DNA of 64,000 nt from Chiloscyllium plagiosum (taxonomy: Eukaryota): NCBI RefSeq assembly GCF_004010195.1, contig NC_057719.1, forward strand, positions 47,741,808-47,805,807, given 5' to 3'. Under the pieces are notes generated by a model. It was not told the DNA's origin. It saw nothing but the letters and a program-made list of their open reading frames with translations, and searched no databases. Positions within the stretch are counted from its first letter, which is position 1. Each line of letters opens with the position of its first letter. Shown here one piece after another: positions 36,409 through 48,910 of this stretch. The translations under genes and the position numbers were made by a program.

Positions 36409-37304
36409 CACAGCCCCCCTCACCCCAAAAACCCCTAATACCCGGCCACAGCCCCCCTCACCCCAAAAACCCCTAATACCTGGCCACAGCCCCCCTCACT
36501 GTAGACTGAAGATTGGCATTTCGTGGGAAGACCACAAAAACAAAATAAGTTAACTACTAGAGATGTGACTTTCTTTAAACAAAAAGGTAGAAAATGCTGA
36601 CAACATTCAGGCGGCATCCGTGAGGAAACCAGGCAAGTTAATTCATGTTTAAAGCCTGGGACTGATGTTGGATCAGTTCGTTAATTGTTCACAGGAGAAT
36701 TTTTTTAAAAATTACCACTGTCTTCGTGCTATAAGCTGATGGTTGTTCTCTAAATCATTGGCTTTAAGTGAGATCTACATGGGTGATCTAGAGCCATAGT
36801 TTCATAGGGATTTATCCACCAAGATATCTTTAAAATACAAGCTTAGAGAACGGTGCAGATGAATTCTGATACTCTCCCCTCGACAGAAATACATACGTTT
36901 TCACCATGTTTTATTTGTTTTCAAGCAACTGTGCAAGCAGAACAACAAGTACTATACAAAAGACATCTGCATTATTACCATTCATATCTATGCTTGAACA
37001 AATGCCACAAACTATCATTTTGAAGTTACCTTTTCATATCCCAGTTTACTCATACTGCTGAAACTAAGTGTACTCTTGTTTTATCATAAGGGTTTTGGAG
37101 TTCAGGGAGTTGCTTCTGTTAAACCTGTTGCCATTGTAGGTAATTGTAGCTCTGTTTCTGTTTCTGTAGAAACCATATTCTTAGCACAGTTGCTAATAAT
37201 AATAATTTTCATTCTGAGAACAGTAGCTACAAACTACCAGGTGCAATGCAGTTTTACTGGGCTTTGTTGACATTTATGGTGATACCAGTCACACACCTAC
37301 TCTA
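36409..37304. repeat. Right arm of the inverted duplication
   Basis: See left arm. Carries the extra 12 bp near 36925-36938. Confidence 0.95.
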
Positions 37305-37539
37305 GCTATCTAGGACTGTCTGCATTCCAGCAGTGTTAAAAGCATTTGATTTGTGAATATCTCTTCTTGAGTACTAGTTAGAACTTCATATTCTCCAGGA
37401 CTGTTTGACTTCTGCGATCTGTTTAGTTAAATTTGATTTTATATCATTTCCTGCAACAAACTTGCATGGCAGGCAGTGCCTTGTAGTACAAAAATGTTTC
37501 ATAGAATTGTACAAACTTATAGTCCATTTGGATGGAAAG

Positions 37540-39110
37540 ATAGAAAATAGGTGTGGGAGGAGCCTGTTCAGCCCTTTGAGTCTGCACCACCATTCAATAC
37601 GATCACAGCTGATCACGCGACTTCAGTGTCCCACTCCCGCTTTCTCTCCATACCCCTTGATCCTTTAGCTGCAAGGGAATGTCCAGCTCCCTCTTGAATA
37701 TATCTAATGAACTAGCCCCAACAGCTTTCTGTGGTAGAGAATTCCACAGGTTCACTACTCTGAGTAAAGAAATTCTTCCTCATCTCAGTTCTGCATGGCT
37801 TATCCCTGTGATCCCTGTTCTGGATTTCCCCAATATCAGCAACATTCTTCCCACATCCAGCCTGTCCAGTCACATCAGGATTTTATATGTTTCTATGAAG
37901 TCATCCCTCATTCTTCTAAATTCTAGTGAGTACAAGCTTAGTCATCCAGTCTTTCTTTATATGTCAGTGCTGCGATCCCGGGAATCAGTCTGGCGAACCT
38001 TTGTTGCTATTGAGGGAGTCCAGCAATGTCCTTCCTCAGACTACGAGACCAAAACTACACACAATACTCGAGGTGTGGCCTCACCAAGGTCCTGTGTCTA
38101 TGCAGCAAGGCATCACTACTCCTATACTCAAATCCTCTCGTTATGAAGAACCAACCTTCCACCAAGACACCCAGGGCTCAAGCACCTCGCCTTTTCCTAA
38201 ACTACCACCATTCAGATAATAATCTGCCTTCCTGATTTTGCCACCAAAGGGGATAGCCTCACATTTAACCACTTTATGTTGCATTTGCCAAGTATGTGCT
38301 CACTCAGCCAGCCTGTCAGAGTCACTCTGCAGCCTCTTAACATCCTCTTCACAGCACACATTGCTACCCAGCCTAATGTTATCTGCAAATTTGGAGATAT
38401 TACAATCAATTCCTTAGTCCACATTGTTAATGTGAACAGCTGTAGTCCTGCAGTAACCCACTCGCCAGTGCCTGCCAGACTGAAAAGGACCCGCTTATTC
38501 TAACTTATTGCCTCCTATCTGCCAACCAGTTCCCTATCCCCATCAATATATTACCTCTGGTACCATGAGCTTTAATTTTGCTTACTAATCACTTGTGTGG
38601 GACCTTGTCAAAAGCCTTTCGAAAGGCTAGATACACAACATCCACTGATTCACCCTTGTCCACTCTCCTGGTCACATCCTCAAAAAATTCCAGAATATGT
38701 CCAGGATGATTTCCCTTTAGTGAATCCATACTACTTTGACCAATCCTGTCACTGCTTGCTCAGCTATTGCATCCTTATTGACTTTACCATTTTCCCCACC
38801 ACCAATGTCAGGCTAAACGGCCTATAAATCCCTGTTTTTTTCCCTCTCCCTCCTTTTTAAAAAAGTGGGGTTACATTAACTACTCTATTTCAATGGAATT
38901 CTTCCAGATTTTATGGAATGCTGGAAAGTGATCACCAATGCATCCACTATTTCTAGGGCCACTTCCTTAAGTAATCTTGGATGCAGAGCATCAGACCCTG
39001 GGCCCTTATCAAGTTTTAAACCCATTAATTTGCCCAGTACTATCTCCTGACTAATAAAGATTTCCTTCAGTTCATCCTTCATGTTTGACCCTCTGTCCCC
39101 TAGCATTTCC
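37540..39110 (-). mobile_element. CR1-clade LINE fragment in galectin intron 1
   Basis: GPGSDALHPRLLKEVA and RT remnants. Confidence 0.85.
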
Positions 39111-39383
39111 AGTTTGACTCATCATGTCAGTGTTGGCCTTAAGAGTGGTTGTGCTTAGTTCTACATCCTGCTACTTATTTGTGACCCTGATAGTTCTTCA
39201 TGTTTAGGTACCTTTTTTAAAGTGTTTGTAAAATCATCTTCCAGCTCATTTTCCAGAGACAGCATTCCCAATCTCAACAAGGCTATGTGAAAGTAATCTC
39301 CTGTTTACCCCTCCACACATTTTCTCAATGATTTTGAATCTAGAACTTGTACTTATTGCTTCCCTCAGCAGAGAAATTTCCCC

Positions 39384-39514
39384 TCATTCCTGATGAAGGG
39401 CTTATGCTGAAACGTCAATTCTCCTGCTCCTCGGATGCTGCCTGACCAGCTGTGTTTTTCCAGCACCACACTCTTGACTCTGATCTCCAGTATCTGCAGT
39501 TCTTACTTTCTCCT
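39384..39514 (+). mobile_element. 131-bp non-autonomous Penelope-derived unit: hammerhead motif (39390-39416) plus tail
   Basis: CTGATGA-agggcttatgct-GAAAC-GTC. 14-bp TSD agagaaat(t/c)tcccc at 39370-39383 and 39515-39528. Confidence 0.8.
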
Positions 39515-41314
39515 AGAGAAATCTCCCCACCGAGCTTTTGAGTATCTCAAGCTCCTGAGCATCAGACTCCTACTTATATCAGCATCTAACTTTTTGTGTT
39601 TCCAGGAATAAAGTCCTAACTTCTACAAACCCTCAATCTCAGTAGCATCCGAGTAAATTTCCTTTATATCTATCGGCTTTCTGAAGTGTGTTGCCTGGAA
39701 TTGCTACTATTCTATAGTGGAGGCTTAACCTAACTTATTGAAATGTACAAGGTTCTGAAGGGGCCTGCCAGAGTAGACTCTGTGAGGTTATTTCCTTTGG
39801 TTGGGGAATGTGGAACAGAGGGATACAATTCCATCTTTGTATTTTCCACATTTTAAGCTTTAGTTGAAATCTTATTACTTGTTTCTTTTTCTTTTCATGT
39901 ATTGCTCCTTTTCTCTTTCACTCATTCTCTTTCTCTCTCCCTCTCCCTTTAGCCATGTCCTAGAAAATAGAATATTTACAAATAAAAAATTATTGCTGAC
40001 TGTTAAATTCCTTCTTGCTCCACACCCCCTTCCTGATGAAGGGCTTATACCCAAAACATCGATGCTCCTGCTCCGCGGATGCTGCCTGACCGGCTGTGCT
40101 TTTCCAGCGCCACACTCTTTGACTCTGATCTACAGCATCAGCAGTCCTCACATTCTCCTCTCTGCAACCATTCATGCTTTGTAATGTAATGAAAATGCAG
40201 ATGTTAATGATACAATGATTTAACACTGAAGTTGGTAATCATGTGCTTTTGAATCACTGAGAAGAGAGGATGGAATAACCTGGAATGGAGAGGTGTGCTA
40301 TAGAGATCAGTACCATATGTAATGGTGCACAAAGAACAATTTATTGGAACTCCTGGAAGTCAGACAGTACAAACATTAAGATTAGAATTCTACCATTCAG
40401 TAAGAAAACGGTTGGTCTGTTTGTTTCAAATTCCACATTCGCAATTATTCCTATAACCCTTAAATGCATTGCCTGAAAAAAATCTATCTCTGGCTTAAAA
40501 ATATTCAAGCAGCCCACTTCCACTACCTTCTGAGGCAGAGAGTTATAAAATCATACAGCCTTCTGGGAGACAAAGATTCTCCTCTTCTCTATCCAAAAAA
40601 AGATGACCTCTGATTTTTAAATCCAAGGTCCCCGCCCCACCCCACATTGTTGGATTCACCCGTAAGAGGAAACATAACTTCCATGTCCACCTTGTTAAGA
40701 CCATTCAGGATTTTAAATACTTCAATTAAGTCACATTCTGCTGTCCGAAACTTCAGTAGAGACCTGCCCATTCTGTCCAACAATATTTCACTATTGGTTA
40801 AACCAGGGACCTGGATGTTCACACCATGTAGAATCAGTACAGTTTAAGGGAGCGATCTGTCAGCAATGCAGGATAGAATCTCCAAGTTCCAGACTTTATT
40901 TCAGCCTAATGCATAAGGTCTGATAAAGTGAGGATGGTATCTGTAAAGTTAGTCAAGATTGTCCTACTGGACCATTGGTACTTTCTCATGAGAGAGAAAT
41001 GACTGATGGTGGTTTAATCTGAGGGCTACCATGTCTCAGGTTAAGGGAGAGATTGAGACGGTGAGTCTATCAGTAAAGACAGATCAAATTAACTTGCATA
41101 TTTATTATGTTTGGAAGTTGTGAGCTTATTTATGTTATAATTCAGTTCTAAAATTTAGAATTTATTTCTTAGTGACAAAAATTAATTTTGATTTGGTTTA
41201 TTATTGTCACGTGTACTGAGGCACAGTGAAAAATGTTGTCTTGTGTGCTTTACAGGCAGATCGTACTATACAAGTGCATTAGAGTAATTTTAACTTGTCA
41301 CCTTTGTTTTTCAG

Positions 41315-41326
41315 GATGAATTAGCT
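41315..41326 (+). CDS. LGALS3: Galectin-3-like 12-nt microexon (DELA)
   Basis: cctttgtttttcag|GATGAATTAGCT|gtaagt: strong acceptor and donor, phase 0/0. Equivalent in position to the short N-terminal exon of LGALS3. Confidence 0.72.
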
Positions 41327-42934
41327 GTAAGTATATATGTGTAAATTTCTGCCAAGTCAAAGAACAGGTAAAACTTCAAAAGACAATGCCTTAACAATTG
41401 ATATTCATGCAGACTTCGTGGAAATAATACTTTATAAGTACTTTGAAAATGTGTGCAATTTTAGTGATTTAATTTTTGTCTTTTCTCCTCTAATTTTGTG
41501 CTGATTCTCTCTCTCTTCCTGCCTTCCATGTGTGGTTCATCATGGCAATTACAGCTGTGAGTATTGGCAGGCGACATCTTGCATGAGTCTTTTTTCGCCT
41601 CTCCACATTTCCACCCACCCCTACCTGACTTACAAAAAATTAGAGAAAACTATGATCCACTGAGCAGATGACCCACTGTTCATCAAATGGTTAATTTGAC
41701 AGAAATAAAACCTGTTCTGCCAGAGGATTTTGGGAGCAAGAATTGATCAGCAATGCACATTCCAGAATATGCAGAAATGTGAGGTGTGGCGAGGAGCCAG
41801 TGAGTATGTTGACTAGAATGAGCTACAGAAGAGTGGCGAATCAGACCTGTGTCACATTAGCAAGTAGATTCCACGTTAGGTAATGCTCAGGTCACAAGGA
41901 GACCTTATCTGGTTGTTATGGCATTTTTTTGTCAAATTCTGCTTTGATATCCTGAGAATTTAAGGTCTTTACCTATGTTTTTCAGTTCCTATTATTGATT
42001 CAGTCATTTTTTTTCAATGAAAAACAAACTATTCAACATTTTTGTAATTACATCGATTTAATTCAGCATGTTCAGAGACATTGGAGCATAGAATTTTGGT
42101 CATTACATGCATGTAAGTTTTTGCCGCCACCACCACCCCCACCCCCAATCTGTGTCTCTTTTAATTGCTTGTACAGACATCATTCATCTTTCACTGAGAC
42201 AGGCTCTAATCTTTCTTTCTCATTTAGGTTGCTTCAGTGTCATCTGGTCATTCAATCCTTGATGAAAGTCTTTGCTTCTACATCGTCATTTGTGAAGTTC
42301 ATTTGTCATTCACCCTCACCACTCCTCCACACTCCTTTTTCACTGCTCTCCTTTCAAAATTGAAAGCTTTGTTTTGTTAAGAACTTATTAGTCATTGAGG
42401 CTCCACAAGAGTGAAAGGGCAACACTTCGGGGGTTTTGGTGGAGTGATAAATGCCAGTCTGCTGAGTTCTTGCTCCCTGAGCTAACTCATGGAGATTTTA
42501 TTTTTTTTTCCAATTCTCAGAGAGTGGAGTTGCTCAGATGATTGATTTTGTATGACTGAGAATATTCTGATTGACAAAGCTCCATTTAAGAAGTGCTTCA
42601 GACTCATTCGTGTGATTGCCTTAACAACAAAGCTATGGTCAAACTTTGAGGGATAAAAATTGTGGTATGTAAGTTATATGGTCACCAAAAATAGCCAAGG
42701 ACAAAGCTGAATCCCATTCTTGCCCAATATCGAGATACATTCCCTTGCCACTTTTGGGGAAGCAGGAAAGTTAGTTGTTCTTCTTAGTTCATTCACATTT
42801 AAGATGGAAAAGTGATGTGGCTTGATGTTATCCAGATGAGATGAAGTCTGTTCTCTGAAAAAGATTAAATAGAGGATCTTGCTCCATGCACTAATAAATG
42901 AGCTATTGGTCAACTATTTTACTTTATCTTTTAG

Positions 42935-43168
42935 TTGGAAGATGCTTTGGGTCCTGATTTTTCAAATGCTAACAAACTCCAGTCTGGTGGTGTGAGCCCA
43001 CAGCCTGGATGGCCGAGCCCACAGCCTGGATGGCCGGGCCCACAGCCTGGATGGCCGGGCCCACAGCCTGGATGGCCGAGCCCACAGACTGGACCGGGAG
43101 GCCAAATGCCTCCTGCTTCTGGTTCACCTGGAGCCCCTAATCAGCCTGGGCAAGGATATGCCACATTG
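42935..43168 (+). CDS. LGALS3: Galectin-3-like Pro/Gly-rich N-terminal tail exon: LEDALGPDFSNANK...(PQPGWP[S/G])x4...GYATL
   Basis: 234 nt, between tcttttag and gtaggt. LxDAL start and a PG-rich repeat typical of chimera-type galectin-3. Confidence 0.9.
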
Positions 43169-45075
43169 GTAGGTATTGATCTTTTGAATTAAATAAATAG
43201 TGCATATTATGATTTCAAGAAGTGGTAAAACTTGTTTTCAGTGTAAGTGATCTGCAACTGAAATTGAGAATCTTCAAATCTCTAGTGTTTGAGACTTGTG
43301 TGCTTATTTTCAGCCACGTTTTGAATATGGATCAAATTATTTCATTTGATTCTCTTGATCTTACAACAGACTAGAAAACTTTACAAGAAACTTCACACAG
43401 CTGCTGAGGGAAGTAAATAGGTAAATAACTATTGTAGAAGAGTTAGGAAAAGAGGCTTAAGCTGATTGTCAATTATGTATTTTAAGAAGACTTTAAATGA
43501 CATGGCAAAGTGATTGTAGAATTGAAATGTGACAACATATGAGGAGGAGAATGAATACTTGCACTTCCCCACAGACTTTCTTTGATTTTTATTTTCACTA
43601 GAACTTACTTTAACTGAAGAATTAGTTCACCACAAAACTCTCCCAGAGAGTCTGAGGACTGTGTGAACAGAATTTGTCCTTAAGTTATCAAATTGTAGAT
43701 TTGTTAAGTGAACAGCTAACAGTTCGAACCAGAAATAGGCAGAATAGTGAATTCAATATCAAATCATCTTTAGAAAGTAAGAGGAGGAGAAAGATTGGAT
43801 GAAGACAAATACAAATTAAAACACTGTTTTGAAATCTAACAATAATTATGATCTAAAAAAAACATAAGGTATATATTGCAGAAGCAGACCATTCAGCCTA
43901 ATCAGTCTATGTGGTCGTTCATTCTCCAAGTAATTCTTCTCTCTCTTCTCCAAATGCTTGTCTACTTTCTTCTTAAATGCATCCATACTATCAACGCCAA
44001 CTACTCCCTTAGTGTAAATAAGTCTGATGAAAGTTCTGAAGGATACTCCAAACTTCTAAAAGTTCATTTTTAACACTAAAGGGAAGAAAAGGCTTGCATT
44101 TCTATAGCATCTTATAATCAATTAAATACTTGCAAAGTATCTTAATAAACAGTTGTTTAACAGTAATTAAGACTTTTTTAGATCCCAACTTTTTACTTGT
44201 ATTGAAATAGTCAAGCCCTAATTTCTGTGAGTTTAATGGATGTGCATAACACCCATAGCAAATTCGCACTTGCATTTATTTCAATGACAAGTGTCTCAGC
44301 AAGATAGCAGTATGGTGAACTTTCTGGAGAAACAGGGAAACTTATGGCAACTTCCCAATTTCAATGTTTAACTGAGCACATGCATCACTGTTAGCTGCAG
44401 TCTAATTTGTACTTCAATAATGATGAATGTTGTTATCCTCACTATTAATTGTACAAAGCAATCTAGCTCATTAAGAATGTACTACATAGATTCATCCAGA
44501 ATACAATCAGGAATGGAAACTATAGTTATAAGAAACCCTTCAAGGTAATGAAACTAATTTTGTTGGACCTCTCTTGTGATGGAAGTGCTAGTCAGTGCTA
44601 TACAATATTCTCCTGTACTTAATAGCCCTCTGGCTATCCAAATTTAGACATGAATTATGGTCACAAAGGTGTGGTATTGAATGATGAACAAAGCAATACA
44701 GGAGTGATGAATCATCTTATTATTGGAAAGGGAAGAGAGAATTCTGCTTGCAGCTGGATTTATCATTTCATTTTGGATCAGTAACACACTGGGACAATTT
44801 GCATTGCCCACTCATTGGACATTTTCTAAATTTAATTGATGTGTATGTATCTTCCTTCAATTTAAAGGAAATTGAGAACCCAATCTGATTTAAAAACTCC
44901 AACATGTACTGCCATTTGTTAGTGTCTGAATGCAGCCTGGCACATAAATGGAATGCATTTAGCACAGCGTAAAACTAGAAATTCTGTAGAGTAAATGGAA
45001 TATTGATAGAATTGTAAATCTTGAATCTTTCTATTTCCGATTTCATATTTTTTTCTTTTCATTTGATATTTCCAG

Positions 45076-45164
45076 CCAGTACCTTATGACCTTCCTATCC
45101 CAGGAGGTTGGCAGCCAGGGAGAATGGTCAAGGTAGTTGGAACTGTCAAAATGAATGCTGAAAA
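45076..45164 (+). CDS. LGALS3: Galectin CRD exon 1: PVPYDLPIPGGWQPGRMVKVVGTVKMNAE(K)
   Basis: 89-nt exon between tttccag and gtaagt. VPYxLPxPGG and GTVK motifs of galectin-3. Confidence 0.93.
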
Positions 45165-46099
45165 GTAAGTTTTTTTAAAATATGGATGAAACCTTTTTAA
45201 CGTTTACTTAATATTACACCAATAGTATCCTTCCAGCTTATGTGAGAGTACAGTACTAGCCAATTGTTTGTTACCCACATGATATTAGAAATATGAGGAC
45301 CACACCCTCTGCAGGTATTGTTATTAGAACGCATTTGTATAGCTTTTGTCATTCTTCATTCACATGGCCATTCTTGATATTTGAATTTGACTATTAGTTT
45401 TGAAGTTCATTTTGGTCCCTTGGAAAGACTGGTTGGATCTTCAGCTGCAGGACCAGGAAATCATTTCGAAGCTGAATTCTGCCACTTTTTCTGACTTACC
45501 ATTTCAAGAGGAGTGACTCCGAGTGAATTGGAACTCATGTGAGGCACAAAGAAAGGCATAATTGTCAAAGGCCTTCAAACCTTGAAAAACCTCACAATAA
45601 AATTCCTTACTGATCCCTGCAGATTGACTGACAGATTGAACAGTGGCTTGTATTCCATTAGGCCTTATTTTTGCCTTCCCTCCATTGTTCATTTGCATGG
45701 CAACACTTAGTATTCTGAGCCTTGATCAGGAAAAATCCACTTTGTAGACGCAATGGTACAATGTGTTTTGCCTAACATCGAAATTACCCAGCCTTTGCAA
45801 AGAGAACAGCACCGGCACCTAGAGCAATTTGGAAATTTTAGTCTGCCACACTTTGATGGTGGAGCAAGAACTCTGGAACTTTTAGCTCTAGATTTATGTC
45901 TGCATTGATCAATGGAACAGTAGGCTTTTCAGTGGCTGACAGATGCTGAAGGTTATATGAGAGACAGCAGCACAAATAGTGAAGCTACTCCACTTTTCAA
46001 TAAACATATGTAGAATAGTGTCAGATATTACTTATTTTTTAACTGCCTTCCAATATATAAGATTCATATTTTGCCTTTTGCATGTTTTTCTTCTACAAT

Positions 46100-48910
46100 C
46101 ATTACTGAAGCAAGGATGAAAGATCGGGTAGGTTTGGATTGGATTCTTTGCAGTAGCAAAGCTTGAGAGAGGACCTGATGAGATGTATAAGATTGAGAGT
46201 AGCATTAATAGGGTGGATAGGAATGTATTTCTTCCATTTGTACAAAGGTCAATAACTGAGAGATGTAGGTTTAAGATAAGTGGTAGAAAGCGAAGAAGAG
46301 AGTTCAAGAAAATTATTTTCACTGAGGGTGGTAGTCAAGAACTTACTGCCTGAAAGAATAGTTAAATCAGAAACTCTTGTCACATTTAAGCAACATTTAT
46401 ATCTTCATTTACATGGCCATGGCCTCCATTGCTTTGAGCCAAAAGCTGAAAGATGAGATTAGTATCATCAGATCAGTGATCAGCATGGAAAATGTGGGTT
46501 GAATAGCCTCCTTGGATGCGATAAATATAGGGGTGTGATCCAGTTGTTGTCTAAATTGGAAACCAAGGACACGAGTAGGTGAAATTACCCAGAGTGAGAC
46601 ATGAAGGGACAGAGTGTCCAAACATATAGCAGCTAATATCAAATGAGAAAACATAGTTAAAAAGGCAAAATTAGTATTTGGAACAAATCAATGGTGCAAA
46701 TAGAGGTTCTGAATCCAGAAGTCAATACATCTGCATGCTGACCATTTGAGCTGCCACACTGAAGCAGCATCAATCATAAGATCTAGGAGCAGAATTAGTC
46801 CATTTGGCCATCAAGTCTGCTCTACCATTCAATCATGGCTAAAATTTTCCAGGCTGCTCTCCGTACTCCTTGATCACCTTACTAATCAAGAACGTATCCA
46901 TCTCTGTGTCTTAAGTAGGTGACACAGATTAACCACCCTCTTGCTGAAGAAATTCCTCATCTCAGTTGTAAAGTGTCGCCCCTTGACTCTCAGGCTGTAC
47001 CTTTGGATTCTAGTCTCTCCTACCAGTGGAAACATCTTCCCCACATTCATTCTATCCAGGCCTCTCAGTATTCTGTGGCTTTCAATGAGATTCCCCCAAA
47101 CCTTGTAAATTCCATCAAGTCCATCCTGTTCCTGTAGTCCTACTTTTCAGATAATTGTCCATGTTTCCTTTTGAAGGTCTGCATTGAATTTGTCTCTGTT
47201 GCTTTCTCTGGCAATGCATTTCAGGATTTAAATTTTCTTTTAATATTCTTTTCTCTCCTGTTGCCTTAGATTATTTTGCCATGAATCTGAAATGGTCCTC
47301 TGTAGTTCTTGACCAATCTGCCAATTGGAACTGTTTTCTTTCTCTCTCAATTTGACCTGGATCTGATGATTTTTAAGCACCTCTATCGAATTTCCTCTCC
47401 ACCTTCAATGATGAGATCAGCCCCAAGTTTGCTACTCTGTCCAGATGTCTGGTTCCGAGGATTCTCAATCTTTCCTGCAACCTCTCCAATGTCTTCATCC
47501 TTCCTTCGCGCGTCGTACCCAGAATTGGGCACAACAGTTCAATTGAGGCCATACCTATGTTATATAAAGGTGGTTGATAACTCACTTTTGTACTCTGCCT
47601 CTAATAAATTTTTTTTTTTTTTAAATCTGTTTCTTAATGTGTCCTGCCAACTTCAAAGATCCATGCACATACAGTCCCATCTCCTGTGCCCTTTTCAGAA
47701 ATATATCCTAATGTTTTGGTTGGAAGAACAAGGATAGGTATCACTTTACAATTCTTTGTATTGAATTTCATCTGCCGTGTATCTTGAAGTCCTATCACCA
47801 TCCTCCTGTCAGTTCACTATACTTGTAGCTTATACTATCTGCAAATTTAGAAATTGTGCTTCATCACCTTCCTCTGCATGAGTGGGGGTATGATTTAGAG
47901 AAAGGCACTTACTATACAGTCCAATGCCCTGTAAATTTAAGTGCAGGTGTAAGACAATGCCTACCCTTGGTGTACACTGCTTGTGAAAAAGTGCTGCTTG
48001 TTTGCTTCCAGCAAAAATGTTTTACGCCAGTGGAAAGAAGGCTTATTTCTTATTGAAGGTGCTCATTCTAAGGGGTATGGATAAGCTGGAGTCTGACTGT
48101 GGCACATACTTCAGCTCAGAGTGAGGTAGATATCTGGCATAAACTCCCTAAAGGAAGTAGTTTGGGTTTGGAGGGATATGGGCCAGTGCTGGCAGGTGAG
48201 ACTAGATTGGGTTGGGATATCTGGTTGGACAGGTTGGACCGAAGGATCTGTTTCCATGCTGTATATCTCTGACTCTTAAGTAGAGACCCAGTAGGACCAC
48301 TCCTCCTATGAGACCTTCTTTTACAAGATCATTTTTGTGAACCTCTTCTGGACCATTTCCAAGGCCAGCTCATCCTTTCTTAGATACAGGGCCTAAACTG
48401 CTCACAATATTCTAAATGTATACAACCTTAGTAGTATATCTCTGCTCTTGTATCAGCCCTCTTGAAATGAAAGTTAACATTGCATTTGCCTTCTGAACTG
48501 CCATCTGAATCTGCATATTAACCTGAAGAGAATCCTGAACTCAAATTCCCAAGTCCCTTTGTGCTTCAGATTGCTGAAGACTTTCCCTATTTCGAATATG
48601 GTATACACCTCAATTCTTCCTATCAAAGTGCGTGACATCACACATTCCCACATTGTATTCCACCTGCAACCTCTTTGTCCATTCTCCTGATATGTTTATG
48701 TCCTTCTGCAACCTTGCCACTTCCTCAACACTACTTGCCATACCACCTATCTTGGTGTCATCTGTAAATTTAGCAACAGTGCCCTCAAGATTGTTAATGT
48801 ATTATATGAATAGTGTTGGTTCTAGCACTGACCCCTGTGAAACTCCACCAGTCACCACCTGTCATCCTGAAGAAAAATCCCGTTATTCCTATTCTCTGCC
48901 TTCTGCAAGC
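46100..48910. mobile_element. Cluster of old CR1 fragments in mixed orientation
   Basis: Degenerate RT C-terminal and 3' UTR sequence. Confidence 0.7.

Noticed and set aside
34292..37270. Duplicated 64-aa and 60-aa ORFs as paralogous genes
   Set aside because: By-products of the inverted duplication, with no coding features.
41316..41324. ATG inside the microexon as the galectin start
   Set aside because: ATG AAT TAG stops immediately and is out of frame with the next exon.
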